Assembly (NCBI GenBank): GCA_963845145.1
Contig: CAWJQU010000017.1
Location: 96,001-160,000 of the forward strand
Direction of reading: 5' to 3'
DNA: 64,000 nucleotides
Source of the DNA: an uncultured delta proteobacterium
GTDB lineage: Bacteria > Desulfobacterota > Desulfobacteria > Desulfobacterales > QNYZ01
The position numbers and the translations under genes were made by a program. Shown here one piece after another: positions 42,317 to 51,943 of this stretch (its first letter is position 1; every line of letters starts with the position of its first letter). The notes under the pieces are model-generated. The model was not told where the DNA came from. It saw only the letters and a list, made by a program, of their open reading frames with translations, and ran no database searches.

Positions 42317-43348
42317 TTAATCGTTGAATCTGTTTATAAACCAATAAGGATATCGCGGAGCGGGCTGCACGCTTACCATATTGAGCCGATCCATTTGATC
42401 GTCTGTTAACGACCATTCCAGCGTCTTTAAATTGTCTTCAAGCTGTTCCATCGTTTCGGCACCGGTGATGGGGCTGGTCACGCGGGGATGCTTCAGCAAC
42501 CAATTCAGCGCGACCTGGGATGGGGATTTACCGATCTCCTCGGAAATGGCAAAAACCTCATCAAGCACTTTCCAGGTGTGTTCGGTGTTGTAGTTGGTCC
42601 AGGATTCGCTCCAGCCGCCTTTTTCGGCCAGATCTATCCGGCTGTTTTCGGGTGCGCCCGCCATGCCTCTTTTTACCAAACCGGTTAACCATCCACCCCC
42701 CAAAGGACTCCAGCACATCAGTCCCAAGCCTTCATTTTCGCAAACGCTCAGAACGTCCCATTCAAGTTGGCGGTCCAGAAGGTTAAAACAAGCTTGCAGG
42801 TTGATCGGCTTAATCAATCCTTTAAGTTCGCACAGGTCCACCGCTTTTTGAAGCTGCCAACTGAGAAAATTACAGATCCCATAATGTCGTATTTTTCCGC
42901 TTTTAATCAATTGGTCCATGGTCGTCAGCGTCTCTTCGAGCGGCGTTTTTTGGTCCCAACAATGCAAAAGGTACAAGTCCACATAGTCGGTTTGCAGATT
43001 TTTCAGGCTTACCTCAATGGCATCCATAATATGCTTGCGGCCGTTGCCGGAATAATTCGGTCCGTTGCCGGGTCCGAAATACGAGGTATCAAAACAGACT
43101 TTGGTTGCAATGATAAAATCTTCACGGAGCTTGTTTTTCAACCATCGCCCAACCACGCCTTCGGTTTGCCCGTCAACATATACATCCGCAGTATCGATAA
43201 AATTGCCCCCTTTGGAAGCAAAGAAGTCAAGCATTTTATGACTGGCGGCCTCATCGGTCTGCCGTCCATACGTCATCGTTCCCAGGCAAAATTCACTCAC
43301 CATCAATCCGGATTTTCCAAGGTTACGATATTCCATTTTTCTCTCCAT
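42317..43348 (-). CDS. Aldo/keto reductase
   Basis: LGTMTYG, DTADVY, IATK, DLYLLH, WSPLGGG. Confidence 0.93.
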   Translation of the reverse strand: MERKMEYRNLGKSGLMVSEFCLGTMTYGRQTDEAASHKMLDFFASKGGNFIDTADVYVDGQTEGVVGRWLKNKLREDFIIATKVCFDTSYFGPGNGPNYSGNGRKHIMDAIEVSLKNLQTDYVDLYLLHCWDQKTPLEETLTTMDQLIKSGKIRHYGICNFLSWQLQKAVDLCELKGLIKPINLQACFNLLDRQLEWDVLSVCENEGLGLMCWSPLGGGWLTGLVKRGMAGAPENSRIDLAEKGGWSESWTNYNTEHTWKVLDEVFAISEEIGKSPSQVALNWLLKHPRVTSPITGAETMEQLEDNLKTLEWSLTDDQMDRLNMVSVQPAPRYPYWFINRFND

Positions 43349-43642
43349 TTTATTGTGAATAGGGAAAATGTTTACAAATATAAAATCAAAATACTCGTTT
43401 TTTAAAGCGGATCACGCTGAACCTTGTACTGCAATATATGCATAATAATACCATAAACTGTATAAATATACAAATACGTGAAGACTTGCAAGGACTTTTT
43501 CGAAAAGCCTGATTCTTGGAGTCTTTAATTTTATGGGTATTCAGATAAAATTGAAGAATTGCCTCTTCTTTGAAAGATATTCAGTGGGCGGTTGGAATGG
43601 ATATAAATTTGGTTGGCCCATCTGCGGCGGATGAGTCGGATC

Positions 43643-43758
43643 TTTTTTAATCGCAGAATATCGAACCCTCCACAATTACGGCGGACAGGCAAGGAATTTC
43701 GAATGTCGAAGTGCCTCCCTCATCATTCTGCGGTTCCTTGTTCGCTATTCGATATTTG
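43643..43758 (-). repeat. Heptamer-periodic palindromic repeat, copy A (inverted; 24-bp insert at 43667-43690)
   Basis: Reverse complement of the copy at 52687-52777, plus the insert CCTCCACAATTACGGCGGACAGGC. Confidence 0.92.
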
Positions 43759-43827
43759 CTCTTTCATGAGTCATTTTGTTTTCCCTTCTGGAGATGACCA
43801 CCTATAAAAAAATGCACGCTAACGATC

Positions 43828-44196
43828 TCAATCCTCTACATCCTTATATACCTCTTTAAAAAATCGTGGCGTACAAATGGCCAAAAAGATCAAATCCTCC
43901 GAACCGATATTGGTGATGCGTTGGCGACAATCCGGCGGAATGAGGACAATATCACCGGGGTTCACTTCCTGCGGTGGTAACTCCCCAACCTCCACACGCC
44001 CTTTTCCACGAATGATGCAATAGCGTTCAGCCGTTTCTTTCAGCCGATGCCAACGTGTCGTAACGCCGGGCGCCACCCATGCCCGGGCAATAGAAACATC
44101 GGGATCGTCCGGTGTATTGGACAACTCTTTAATATAACACCGTTCCTGAGTATAAAATTCATTTTCAAGGTTTTGGTTCTTAATGACTGCTTTCAT
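43828..44196 (-). CDS. Cupin-domain protein
   Basis: PGVTTRWH, ERY.I.G.G, GD.V.IPP, QRI.N. Confidence 0.85.
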   Translation of the reverse strand: MKAVIKNQNLENEFYTQERCYIKELSNTPDDPDVSIARAWVAPGVTTRWHRLKETAERYCIIRGKGRVEVGELPPQEVNPGDIVLIPPDCRQRITNIGSEDLIFLAICTPRFFKEVYKDVED

Positions 44197-44343
44197 CCGT
44201 TTGACTCGTATATTTTGCATGGTTGTAGGTACCGGCCGTCTCACTAATGATAGACGCCATGTAAGGCGTTTTTATTATATCATGTCGCATCGACTCATCA
44301 AATAAAAGACCATAGACCTTTGCATGTCCAAATGAGAGTCTAT

Positions 44344-45099
44344 TTAAACCTCAATACTCAAATCGGCAATAAAACCCCCATTTAGCTCATTGGGAACATA
44401 TCCTCGAGGGTTGCAGATGATCCGCGTTTTACCGATACGATAGTCAAAAGAGTCATGGACATGTCCATGGACCCAAAGATCGATTTGCTTGTCCAAAATT
44501 AAGTTGCTCATTTCGGAGGCAAAGGCGGCACTGAGATGATCGCCTTTATAGCGTTCGGGTACCGATCTGCTGCTGGGGGCATGATGTGTGACGACAACCG
44601 TTTTTAGTTTATCGTTTGGGCTGGGAATGGTTTTCTCTGCCAACCATTGCTTGGTTTGGTTGTGCCATTTCACGGTATCCAGCGGCCCAAGCGGTATTTT
44701 TTCCGAGTTCAAATGGATTATCTTGAAGTCATTCATCATTCTTTGGGCTTTTAATGCGTCCATATCGGGATGGTTAAACAACTCAAAATCGGTCCAAAGC
44801 GTGCAGCCTAAAAAACGCACCTGACCCATTATAAATTCCTCATTTTCCAGAACATGGACATTTGTCCCTGCCGCTTTTGCTCTGATCTTTTCGGTAACTT
44901 CCGGTATCTCGCCATGATAGTATTCGTGATTTCCGATCACATAGATGACCTCTTTTTCTTTGAAATTTTCAACGGCCCAGTCAATGCCTTGATCACCGAT
45001 ATGAATATCACCGGCTAAAACAACCACATCCGCATCTGTCTCTAGGGGATTAAAATTACCAAATTCAATGTGTAAATCGCTTAAAATGCCCAGTTTCAT
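44344..45099 (-). CDS. Calcineurin-like metallophosphoesterase
   Basis: SDLH, AGDI, GNHEYY, GCTLWTDF, THHAP, HGHVH, NPRGY. Confidence 0.92.
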   Translation of the reverse strand: MKLGILSDLHIEFGNFNPLETDADVVVLAGDIHIGDQGIDWAVENFKEKEVIYVIGNHEYYHGEIPEVTEKIRAKAAGTNVHVLENEEFIMGQVRFLGCTLWTDFELFNHPDMDALKAQRMMNDFKIIHLNSEKIPLGPLDTVKWHNQTKQWLAEKTIPSPNDKLKTVVVTHHAPSSRSVPERYKGDHLSAAFASEMSNLILDKQIDLWVHGHVHDSFDYRIGKTRIICNPRGYVPNELNGGFIADLSIEV

Positions 45100-45120
45100 A
45101 TCGAATGACGCCCCTTTCAC

Positions 45121-45144
45121 AACCGAAGGCTATATAGAGGTTAT
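45121..45144 (+). repeat. 24-bp direct repeat, copy 1
   Basis: AACCGAAGGCtataTAGAGGTTAT; 21/24 identical to 46829-46852. Confidence 0.7.
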
Positions 45145-45155
45145 AAACACTGACT

Positions 45156-45599
45156 TCAGCGTATTGTCCTGAATCCATCGCTCCAAACCAGAGCTCGGTA
45201 GCAAGGCCCATTGGTATCGCTGCACTCAGAGGAATGTACTGCAAGCAAGAGTACTTTCTGTCCATCTACATCCACAATTCGCCATTTGTGTGCAAGAAAC
45301 TCGTGTGTTTTTCCATCTACGACCACCCACACAAACGTTCCACCGGAGCCGCCCCACATGGAAGCTGATGTTGAACAGGAGAACTGTGATGCGTCTACAA
45401 CCTCTTCCGGCCGACCATCACCCGTAAAGTCATGCAATGTGATTGTATGCTCCGTCGCATTGAATTTCCCTCGCTCAAAACTGGCACATTCGTTTTTAGC
45501 CTTTTGGACTATATCTGTTGCAATAGTCAGGTGCTCACCGCCTATTACGGTTGAGGAAAAACATAGAAGCACAATGATAGTAAATAGTATGACTTTCAT
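45156..45599 (-). CDS. Secreted hypothetical protein, cassette-like
   Basis: Signal peptide; starts 27 nt after the attC R' site. Confidence 0.75.
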   Translation of the reverse strand: MKVILFTIIVLLCFSSTVIGGEHLTIATDIVQKAKNECASFERGKFNATEHTITLHDFTGDGRPEEVVDASQFSCSTSASMWGGSGGTFVWVVVDGKTHEFLAHKWRIVDVDGQKVLLLAVHSSECSDTNGPCYRALVWSDGFRTIR

Positions 45600-45626
45600 C
45601 TCGAATTTCTTCCATTAGTATATGTC

Positions 45627-45686
45627 GCTTAACGCTTGAATTGAAGAGTGGTGCTTTATTCCATTTCCTCCAATGATTTGTTATGG
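45627..45686 (-). mobile_element. Integron attC site (60 bp)
   Basis: CCATAAC-5nt-ATTGGAGG-20nt-CTTCAAT-6nt-GTTAAGC; R'' contains the stop codon of the upstream gene. Confidence 0.8.
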
Positions 45687-46139
45687 TAATTTTTTTTGCT
45701 TTCGTAAGTTTTTTGCATCCTCAATATCTTTTGGTCGCCCGGTCGATTCCTTGTTTTTGATTAAGTCATCAATCGATAATATGTTTATGGAGATCCCTTC
45801 AATTTCGACTTTAATGGATCTTTTCATAGCATCTTCAAATACTATTTTGCCTGATATTTCAGTAATGATGTCAATTCTACAGGGCGCAACACCGATTTGA
45901 AAAACGATGCCCTTCTCTTTAAAAGTCGCTTCATCAATATCATTGAGAGGTGCGCCAAATTGTGCTAATGCTTTGTAAATATTTTGGGAGTTAATTCCGT
46001 TTGGAGCGACCCAAATATCAATATCAAGAGTACTTCGCGGATAACCCTGAGCTGCTAATGCATGTGCTCCAACAAGAATAAAATTGACATCATGATCTTT
46101 TAAGATTTGCAACATTTCTTTGTAATCTTGATTTAGCAT
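45681..46139 (-). CDS. Nucleotidyltransferase-fold protein
   Basis: LVGAHAL..QG.PRSTLDIDI, RIDII, K..TGRPKD.ED. Confidence 0.8.
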   Translation of the reverse strand: MLNQDYKEMLQILKDHDVNFILVGAHALAAQGYPRSTLDIDIWVAPNGINSQNIYKALAQFGAPLNDIDEATFKEKGIVFQIGVAPCRIDIITEISGKIVFEDAMKRSIKVEIEGISINILSIDDLIKNKESTGRPKDIEDAKNLRKQKKLP

Positions 46140-46287
46140 CTATTTCTCCTTTCTTTGATATCGACCATAATTCAACTGTAATATCCCATACCATTGATAG
46201 ACGGTCTTTCATTGAAGCTTCAACATAATCATCATCAACAATATCTTTCATCTTAGATAATTTAGCGACACTTCTATTTAATTTCAT
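46090..46287 (-). CDS. Small protein overlapping the nucleotidyltransferase start (possible partner or antitoxin)
   Basis: 65 aa, SD AAAGGA, 50-bp overlap with the NTase gene. Confidence 0.6.
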   Translation of the reverse strand: MKLNRSVAKLSKMKDIVDDDYVEASMKDRLSMVWDITVELWSISKKGEIDAKSRLQRNVANLKRS

Positions 46288-46407
46288 CACGATCCTTTCA
46301 TTCTAATCAATAATAGCGTTTCTAAGTGAGCTTTTGGGAAAATTTCGTTATAACTATCTCGAAAGTAAAACAACCTACTGACATCGCTCATTCCCGTAGT
46401 CTCTATC

Positions 46408-46444
46408 TTTGGTTCTTCTCCAACTAATTTGGAGAAGAACCAAA
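46408..46444. repeat. Perfect 16-bp inverted repeat
   Basis: TTTGGTTCTTCTCCAA-ctaat-TTGGAGAAGAACCAAA. Confidence 0.85.
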
Positions 46445-46828
46445 TATACAGATGCCCCGACATGGGATGATCGTGTTCTGCCCCTTTTTCGAGCGACACC
46501 TTAACTGGATGTTTACGCCCAGGCGGGAACCGATTGCTTTGATTGCGCCGAAATAAGGGAACCGAAATATATTCTGAAGCTACCCCATGGTGGCACGCTG
46601 ATTGTTAAAGATCGACTTGGTCCACCTATGGTGGACTAATCTCTATAGATGTCGTAGATCTGCCTTTGGGGGATTTGGTGCAGACACGTTAGAAAAACGT
46701 GCTGAATCCCACGATAGAAGACGAAAGCCAGAAAGAACGAGTCGTTTGTCAAGAACGCTGATTCGAAGACGGAAACTTTTTTCATTATTTTGTTATTTCC
46801 GATCTATTGGGGACCCTTTTCTCTTGAG

Positions 46829-46852
46829 AACCGAAGGCCGTTTAGAGGTTAT
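46829..46852 (+). repeat. 24-bp direct repeat, copy 2
   Basis: AACCGAAGGCcgttTAGAGGTTAT. Confidence 0.7.
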
Positions 46853-46874
46853 GCGATATTTCTGGGCAAAACGT

Positions 46875-47189
46875 TTATAGTTTCTCACCTTCTGCGATTG
46901 CCGAAAAAACTTCTTCCATATCCGCTCTTACAATATCAACACATTCAATGACATCTTCTGGAGCGTCGTTTTGTACTGAAATGTTTTGCACTAAGAGAAA
47001 AGTTTCTTTCATCAGCTTTAGATTTCTCACACATTCCCAGCTCATGGCCTCATCTATATGAAAGAGCAGTTTATCTGAACCTGGAAAGTCGAAACTTCTG
47101 ACAACAGCATCTCTTAAATTACCCCAAGCACCTTGCAAGTCAGAGAGCGCCGTTTTGTAATATCCAGTAGGTTCCGTGGTAAATGCCAT
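46875..47189 (-). CDS. Hypothetical helical protein
   Basis: 104-aa ORF with SD AGGA. Confidence 0.65.
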   Translation of the reverse strand: MAFTTEPTGYYKTALSDLQGAWGNLRDAVVRSFDFPGSDKLLFHIDEAMSWECVRNLKLMKETFLLVQNISVQNDAPEDVIECVDIVRADMEEVFSAIAEGEKL

Positions 47190-47242
47190 TTTGATAAATC
47201 CTGTATTTTCTGTATTTGAAGTTATTCCCGGTGAACCCCGGA

Positions 47243-49894
47243 TTAACCCTTCCCGACACCCACCATGTGGGCCAGTGATTTGGCCATATTCTTTAAAAAG
47301 GCCTCATTGGGTAGTGAAATCGTCATTTCGAGTTTCCCGTCGTCAGTTTTTTCCAGACATCGGCTCAATTTCTCTTCGAATGCACCGGTGAGACGGGTAA
47401 TGTCTTCAGATTCCTCTTGTTCGGCAAACATCTCCCCGATAAAGGCAAACGCCGCGCCCACGAGTTGTCCGCCGGCGGCGGCGATCTTTCTTTTTTTGTT
47501 CAGCTTCAGGGTTTCTTCTTCAACGGCAGCTTGCATGCTTTCGTCTTTGGCGGTTTCCGGCCTGGTTCCCAACAGAATCTCCAGACGGCGTTTTAATTCT
47601 TCCATACCGGCGGCTAAAGTCACTTCTGATATTTCGGATTCCTGATCGAGAACCGCCAGAGAAAGCTCGGCTTTGGCGGACAGGGTGGCCAGTAAGTTTT
47701 CTTCCAGGGTATCTTTGGTGACGAGTATATAGACCTGGACAGGACGTTTTTGGCCCATGCGATGGACCCGGCCGATGCGTTGTTCCAGGACCGCCGGATT
47801 CCAGGGCAGATCGACATTGATCACTGTGTCGGCGGATTGGAGGTTGATGCCTGTTGAACCGGCATTGGTGGTAATGAAGACCTGGCAGTCCGGGTCATTT
47901 TTAAACTGGTGCATCAATCCCTGGCGCTTTTTCTGGGGAACGGAACCATCCAGGCGCACAAACCCGGCTTTGTATTTTTCCAACAAGGGTTCAATAAGGT
48001 TGAGCATCGTCGTCCATTCCGAGAAGAGGACGATTTTACGACCCTTTTCGTTTAAGAGCTGGTCCAGCAGTTGATCGAGTTCCGCCAGTTTGCTGGAGTA
48101 GCCCGGCGGTTGTTTGTCTACCAGAAAAGTGCTGTCCGCGCACATGCGGCACATGAGTAGCGCCTTTCTGAGGCGTAACAGATCCATCTCCGTTAAATAT
48201 TTTTTACAGATGATGGTTTGAATAATTCGGGCATTGCCGCTGTTAATATCCTGCTGTTCTTCTGTGGGGGGGATTCGCAGGATGTTGGTGGTTCGTGGGG
48301 GAAGGTCGTCCATGACCGTTTGACGCGTGCGGCGCAACATAACCGGTTTTAACTTTTTACGCAGTTGATCTAAATTTTTATACCCGAGAACTTTGCCCTT
48401 TTCATCGACCACTTTGTGGCGGTTGAAAAATCGAAAAGCCGGTCCCAGGCGACGATCATCGATAAATTCCACCACGGAGAAAAGCTCATCAATCCGGTTT
48501 TCAAGCGGGGTGCCGGAAAGCACCAGGGCGAAAGTCGATTTTAAGGCCTTGACCATGCGGCTGGTTTTGGCTTCCCAGTTTTTAATCCGTTGCCCCTCAT
48601 CCAGGATGATCAGATCCCATTTTACCTGTTCAATGGAGAGGTAGTCCCGCAGTACCTGCTCGTAATTGCATACAGTGAAAAAATCATCGCTGTGGTACTG
48701 CTGTGCACGCTGTTCGGCACTGCCCAAAATCAGGTTGCAGCTGCGATGGCTGAAGCGCTCGATTTCAATCCGCCATTGGGATTTTAAGGAAGCGGGGCAG
48801 ATCACAAGGACTTTTTCAACCGATGCATGGCGTGATAAAAGTTCTGCCACACCGATCCCCTGGATGGTTTTTCCGAGCCCCATATCATCGGCCAGAACCG
48901 CTCGCCCGGCCCCCACGGCAAAGGCGATACCGTCCATCTGGTAGGGTAGCAGTTCGGCATTCAGCAATGTTTTGCGAAGCGGGTGATTGGTTGGATCATT
49001 TCGTATATCGGTTACTACCTGGTCGATATTTTCCTGAAACAGTTTGTGATTCATATATTCTTCGGCATCCGGGTAAATCGTGACCCTCGATCCGGCCATT
49101 TCCACGTTATGAATACAGCGGGTCAACGCCTTGATATCGCTGATTGGTTTTTCCCTGAATGGGAAGAGGTATCGTTCGACTTCCGGATTCGGTTTTTTGG
49201 GTATCAAAAGACGGAGCTCCAGCTTACGGCCGTATTTCAAGTAGACGGAAATCTCACGGATAACGGCGGGTTTTTTCCGAATCGACCGTTTGAACCTTTT
49301 TTTAACCTTCATCAAGGCATGCAGGATGTGTTTGCAGGTGCCCAGCGTATTTTTGCGGAAATCGGGGCATGTGCAATACGATTCTCCGGGCTCCCGGCCC
49401 CTCAACGCAATACGGTAGCTTTTCCCGGACGCATGGTTGGTGACAATATAATCGGTCCAGGGCAACTTCGGATCAATGGATTTGAGGCGCATTTTCTCTG
49501 TCGTGGCCCGTTCCCGCCGATCATCAACGGCCTGTTTTATCAAATCCTTCTCAGATAGGCTTTCCATGGGAACGCGTTCGGGCGGGGGGGCGGCAAGCCC
49601 CAAAGAGAGCTTCTCTTCGAGAATTAAAGACAGCGCCGCCCCCTGGTGCTCGCAGACACTGGAACAGCATTGGCAATCAATTTTAAGTCGTCGGGGGTGG
49701 GCTGAATGACGTGTGATTTGGACTTTGGTATCACCGAGATTTAAAGTGAAACATTCATTGCTCAGCTTGACTTGGTCGAAGGGGTCGATATCCCATTTCC
49801 CTCCCTGTAAAATAAGCTTTTCACCTTCCGGTCCCAATAATTTGCAGGCCTGAAGGTAGGTAAGATGAGATAATTTGTCTTTTAATGTGGTCAT
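47243..49894 (-). CDS. SNF2-family helicase with SWIM zinc fingers
   Basis: CQC..CEH and CTCPDF..CKH; LADDMGLGKT, DEGQ, LSGTP.EN, QRIGRVHRMGQ. Confidence 0.93.
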   Translation of the reverse strand: MTTLKDKLSHLTYLQACKLLGPEGEKLILQGGKWDIDPFDQVKLSNECFTLNLGDTKVQITRHSAHPRRLKIDCQCCSSVCEHQGAALSLILEEKLSLGLAAPPPERVPMESLSEKDLIKQAVDDRRERATTEKMRLKSIDPKLPWTDYIVTNHASGKSYRIALRGREPGESYCTCPDFRKNTLGTCKHILHALMKVKKRFKRSIRKKPAVIREISVYLKYGRKLELRLLIPKKPNPEVERYLFPFREKPISDIKALTRCIHNVEMAGSRVTIYPDAEEYMNHKLFQENIDQVVTDIRNDPTNHPLRKTLLNAELLPYQMDGIAFAVGAGRAVLADDMGLGKTIQGIGVAELLSRHASVEKVLVICPASLKSQWRIEIERFSHRSCNLILGSAEQRAQQYHSDDFFTVCNYEQVLRDYLSIEQVKWDLIILDEGQRIKNWEAKTSRMVKALKSTFALVLSGTPLENRIDELFSVVEFIDDRRLGPAFRFFNRHKVVDEKGKVLGYKNLDQLRKKLKPVMLRRTRQTVMDDLPPRTTNILRIPPTEEQQDINSGNARIIQTIICKKYLTEMDLLRLRKALLMCRMCADSTFLVDKQPPGYSSKLAELDQLLDQLLNEKGRKIVLFSEWTTMLNLIEPLLEKYKAGFVRLDGSVPQKKRQGLMHQFKNDPDCQVFITTNAGSTGINLQSADTVINVDLPWNPAVLEQRIGRVHRMGQKRPVQVYILVTKDTLEENLLATLSAKAELSLAVLDQESEISEVTLAAGMEELKRRLEILLGTRPETAKDESMQAAVEEETLKLNKKRKIAAAGGQLVGAAFAFIGEMFAEQEESEDITRLTGAFEEKLSRCLEKTDDGKLEMTISLPNEAFLKNMAKSLAHMVGVGKG

Positions 49895-49978
49895 TCGTTA
49901 AACTCCGGAAATGATGATTTTAGTAAATGTAATGACGACCGCTGTGGCCAAAGCGCGGGGTACGGAGCCGTAAAAGCC

Positions 49979-50377
49979 TTATTCCCACCGATCATGATCA
50001 ACACGTTCCAGGTCGATGTAGTCCACCTGCCCGCGCTTATCAATAAAAGAGGTCAGCACCCAGCTGACCAGGCTGATGAACAGCGACCCGAAAACGGCCG
50101 ACCAGAAACCGTAAACGTTAAAACCGGGAATCAGGCCGGAGACCATCATCAAAAGCATGGCGTTGATGATGAAGGTAAAGAGTCCCAGACTGAGGATGTT
50201 GATGGGAAGGGTCAGGACCAACAGGATCGGCCGAAAAAAGGCATTTAACAATCCGAGGATGGCGGCGGCAAAAAAGGCTGAGAAAAATCCGGAGATCCGA
50301 ATGCCGTCGAGGAGATAGGCGGTGATGATAATCGCGATGGTCAAAATGAGCCATCGGATGAGAAGTCCGATTCGCAT
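49979..50377 (-). CDS. 4-TM YvlD-like (phage holin family IV) membrane protein
   Basis: LGLLNAFFRPILLVLTLPINILSLGLF.FIINA. Confidence 0.9.
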   Translation of the reverse strand: MRIGLLIRWLILTIAIIITAYLLDGIRISGFFSAFFAAAILGLLNAFFRPILLVLTLPINILSLGLFTFIINAMLLMMVSGLIPGFNVYGFWSAVFGSLFISLVSWVLTSFIDKRGQVDYIDLERVDHDRWE

Positions 50378-50400
50378 GTGTTCTCCATTCTTCTCGAGGT

Positions 50401-50817
50401 TTATACGCCGGACACCTTCAAGGCGTAATTGGAAAAATCAATCAACTCATCCAGATGGTTCTCAATGACTTCGACCATCAATTCGATATCCAGTCTCTGG
50501 TATTCATGAACTAGCGTATTTCGAAAACCGATCATCTTCTCGAGGTTTTTCGCCAATTCGGCAGGGATCATGCCATGTTGTGCCAGCATTTTAAACCCTT
50601 CTTTGCTTTCCTTAGGGAGTCCGAGCTTTTTTAGCTTTACGATGTGGTTTGCCAGGCCAATACACTGTTCGCAGGCGCGTTGCAGATTCGCGGCGATGGC
50701 GTCTTGTTTCAAATGATCTGTTTCAAATGGTTTATCACTGGGCAGGGAATAGTAAGTGCGGATCTGTTTGACGCAGCGCTCAATACTCTCTTTTTTGTTT
50801 AAAGCAACATCACTCAT
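50401..50817 (-). CDS. HEPN/DUF86 ribonuclease toxin (HepT-like)
   Basis: GFRNTLVHEY (Rx4HxY). Confidence 0.9.
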   Translation of the reverse strand: MSDVALNKKESIERCVKQIRTYYSLPSDKPFETDHLKQDAIAANLQRACEQCIGLANHIVKLKKLGLPKESKEGFKMLAQHGMIPAELAKNLEKMIGFRNTLVHEYQRLDIELMVEVIENHLDELIDFSNYALKVSGV

Positions 50818-51227
50818 GGCATGATTACCCTTCCGCTACGCCTGATTTCTTCTAAAATTCCCGCTCTTTCCTCGTTCAATTTCTGATAATAAGAGATAGT
50901 CAACATCTCAAACTCATCGGCGGCATAGCTGTCGGCCGTATGGATCCGACGATCAGCGGCAACAATCTCTTTTTGGAGAATCGTCGACACCCGGCGTAGA
51001 TTGATTAGATCCACATCTTTTTTGAGCAACCTCTCCAAATCAAATCGCAGATCGGACATCACCAACGTTCCGACCGTTTTGGCCTGCTCGTGGTTTATAA
51101 GCAGGGCAATATCAATATCGCTGTCCGGCAATTGATCATCGGTCCCGTAAGTTCCAAAAAGATAGATGGCCTGAACTTCAGGGTAGTGTTTCAGTATTGT
51201 TTGTATGATTTGTTTTTGATAGCTCAT
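50814..51227 (-). CDS. Minimal nucleotidyltransferase antitoxin (MntA-like)
   Basis: YLFGT-x10-DID; VDLINL. Confidence 0.9.
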   Translation of the reverse strand: MSYQKQIIQTILKHYPEVQAIYLFGTYGTDDQLPDSDIDIALLINHEQAKTVGTLVMSDLRFDLERLLKKDVDLINLRRVSTILQKEIVAADRRIHTADSYAADEFEMLTISYYQKLNEERAGILEEIRRSGRVIMP

Positions 51228-51619
51228 ATCGTTTTACCATTAAATACAGGATATCTCCTGGCTTTTCCCAGCCGTTGATCGAGTGTCACCAATTCGCCGT
51301 CAAGAAAATGGGTAACCCAAAGGTAGCTGGCATCGTAAGTCGTCAGATTTGTTTTTCGGGCCAGTTGAATCACTTCGACATGATCAACGGCCAACATTTC
51401 AATGTTCAGACGGTCAACGAGGCAGAATGCCTCTATGATCAGATTAGCCTTGTGCGGCTCGGTTCGTATCTTTTTCAAACAAATACTGGCCATTTCATAT
51501 TGTAGCAAGGAGGGCGCCGCCAAAGAAAATCCATCTAATACCTCAGCCATTTTTTCAGCTTCCGGCTCACCGAAAACCATCGCACCCAGGGCCGATGCAT
51601 CGACAACCTTAATGCGCAT
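51224..51619 (-). CDS. vapC: VapC-family PIN toxin
   Basis: VVDASA, E, YDASYL, LVTLD. Confidence 0.88.
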   Translation of the reverse strand: MRIKVVDASALGAMVFGEPEAEKMAEVLDGFSLAAPSLLQYEMASICLKKIRTEPHKANLIIEAFCLVDRLNIEMLAVDHVEVIQLARKTNLTTYDASYLWVTHFLDGELVTLDQRLGKARRYPVFNGKTI

Positions 51620-51845
51620 CCCGTTCCTCTCTGACTATTTGTCGCGATTGGGCAGGGGTTAGAAGCCCTTTTTCGCGTATTTTAGCCAAAAATTCACGCG
51701 GCGTCAGGCCTGCTTCCTTTTGTGTCGCATTTTGAAGAATCGTCATTAATTCTCCTTGCAACGAACGATGATTTCGGGAAGCTCTTTGTCGTAATTTATC
51801 GGCGATATCATCAGGCACATTTTTAATTGATAAATTAACGGTCAT
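51609..51845 (-). CDS. FitA/Arc-like ribbon-helix-helix antitoxin
   Basis: LSIKNVPD....L..RA.RNHRSLQGE; C-terminal VREERD. Confidence 0.88.
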   Translation of the reverse strand: MTVNLSIKNVPDDIADKLRQRASRNHRSLQGELMTILQNATQKEAGLTPREFLAKIREKGLLTPAQSRQIVREERDAH

Positions 51846-51943
51846 TTTTCTCTCCTTACAAGATCTGTTTTGAATCTAATATAGAACCATTTCGAATGGA
51901 AGGCAACCATTTAACCATGGTTTATCCCAAGTAGATCAATAAT

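Noticed and set aside
43458..43473. CTGTATAAATATACAA resembling an E. coli SOS box upstream of the aldo/keto reductase
   Set aside because: One mismatch in very AT-rich DNA and no such box at lexA. It may be another regulator's palindrome but cannot be assigned.
43613..43807. ORFs containing MSKCLPHHSAVPCS-like peptides (also 52242-52742 and 54874-55428) and the 38-aa dnaE2 extension from 55696
   Set aside because: These are translations of the repeat, mostly antisense to real genes.
49979..50377. Prophage suggested by the holin-family annotation
   Set aside because: YvlD-like proteins are common chromosomal membrane proteins; no endolysin, capsid, terminase or integrase is present.
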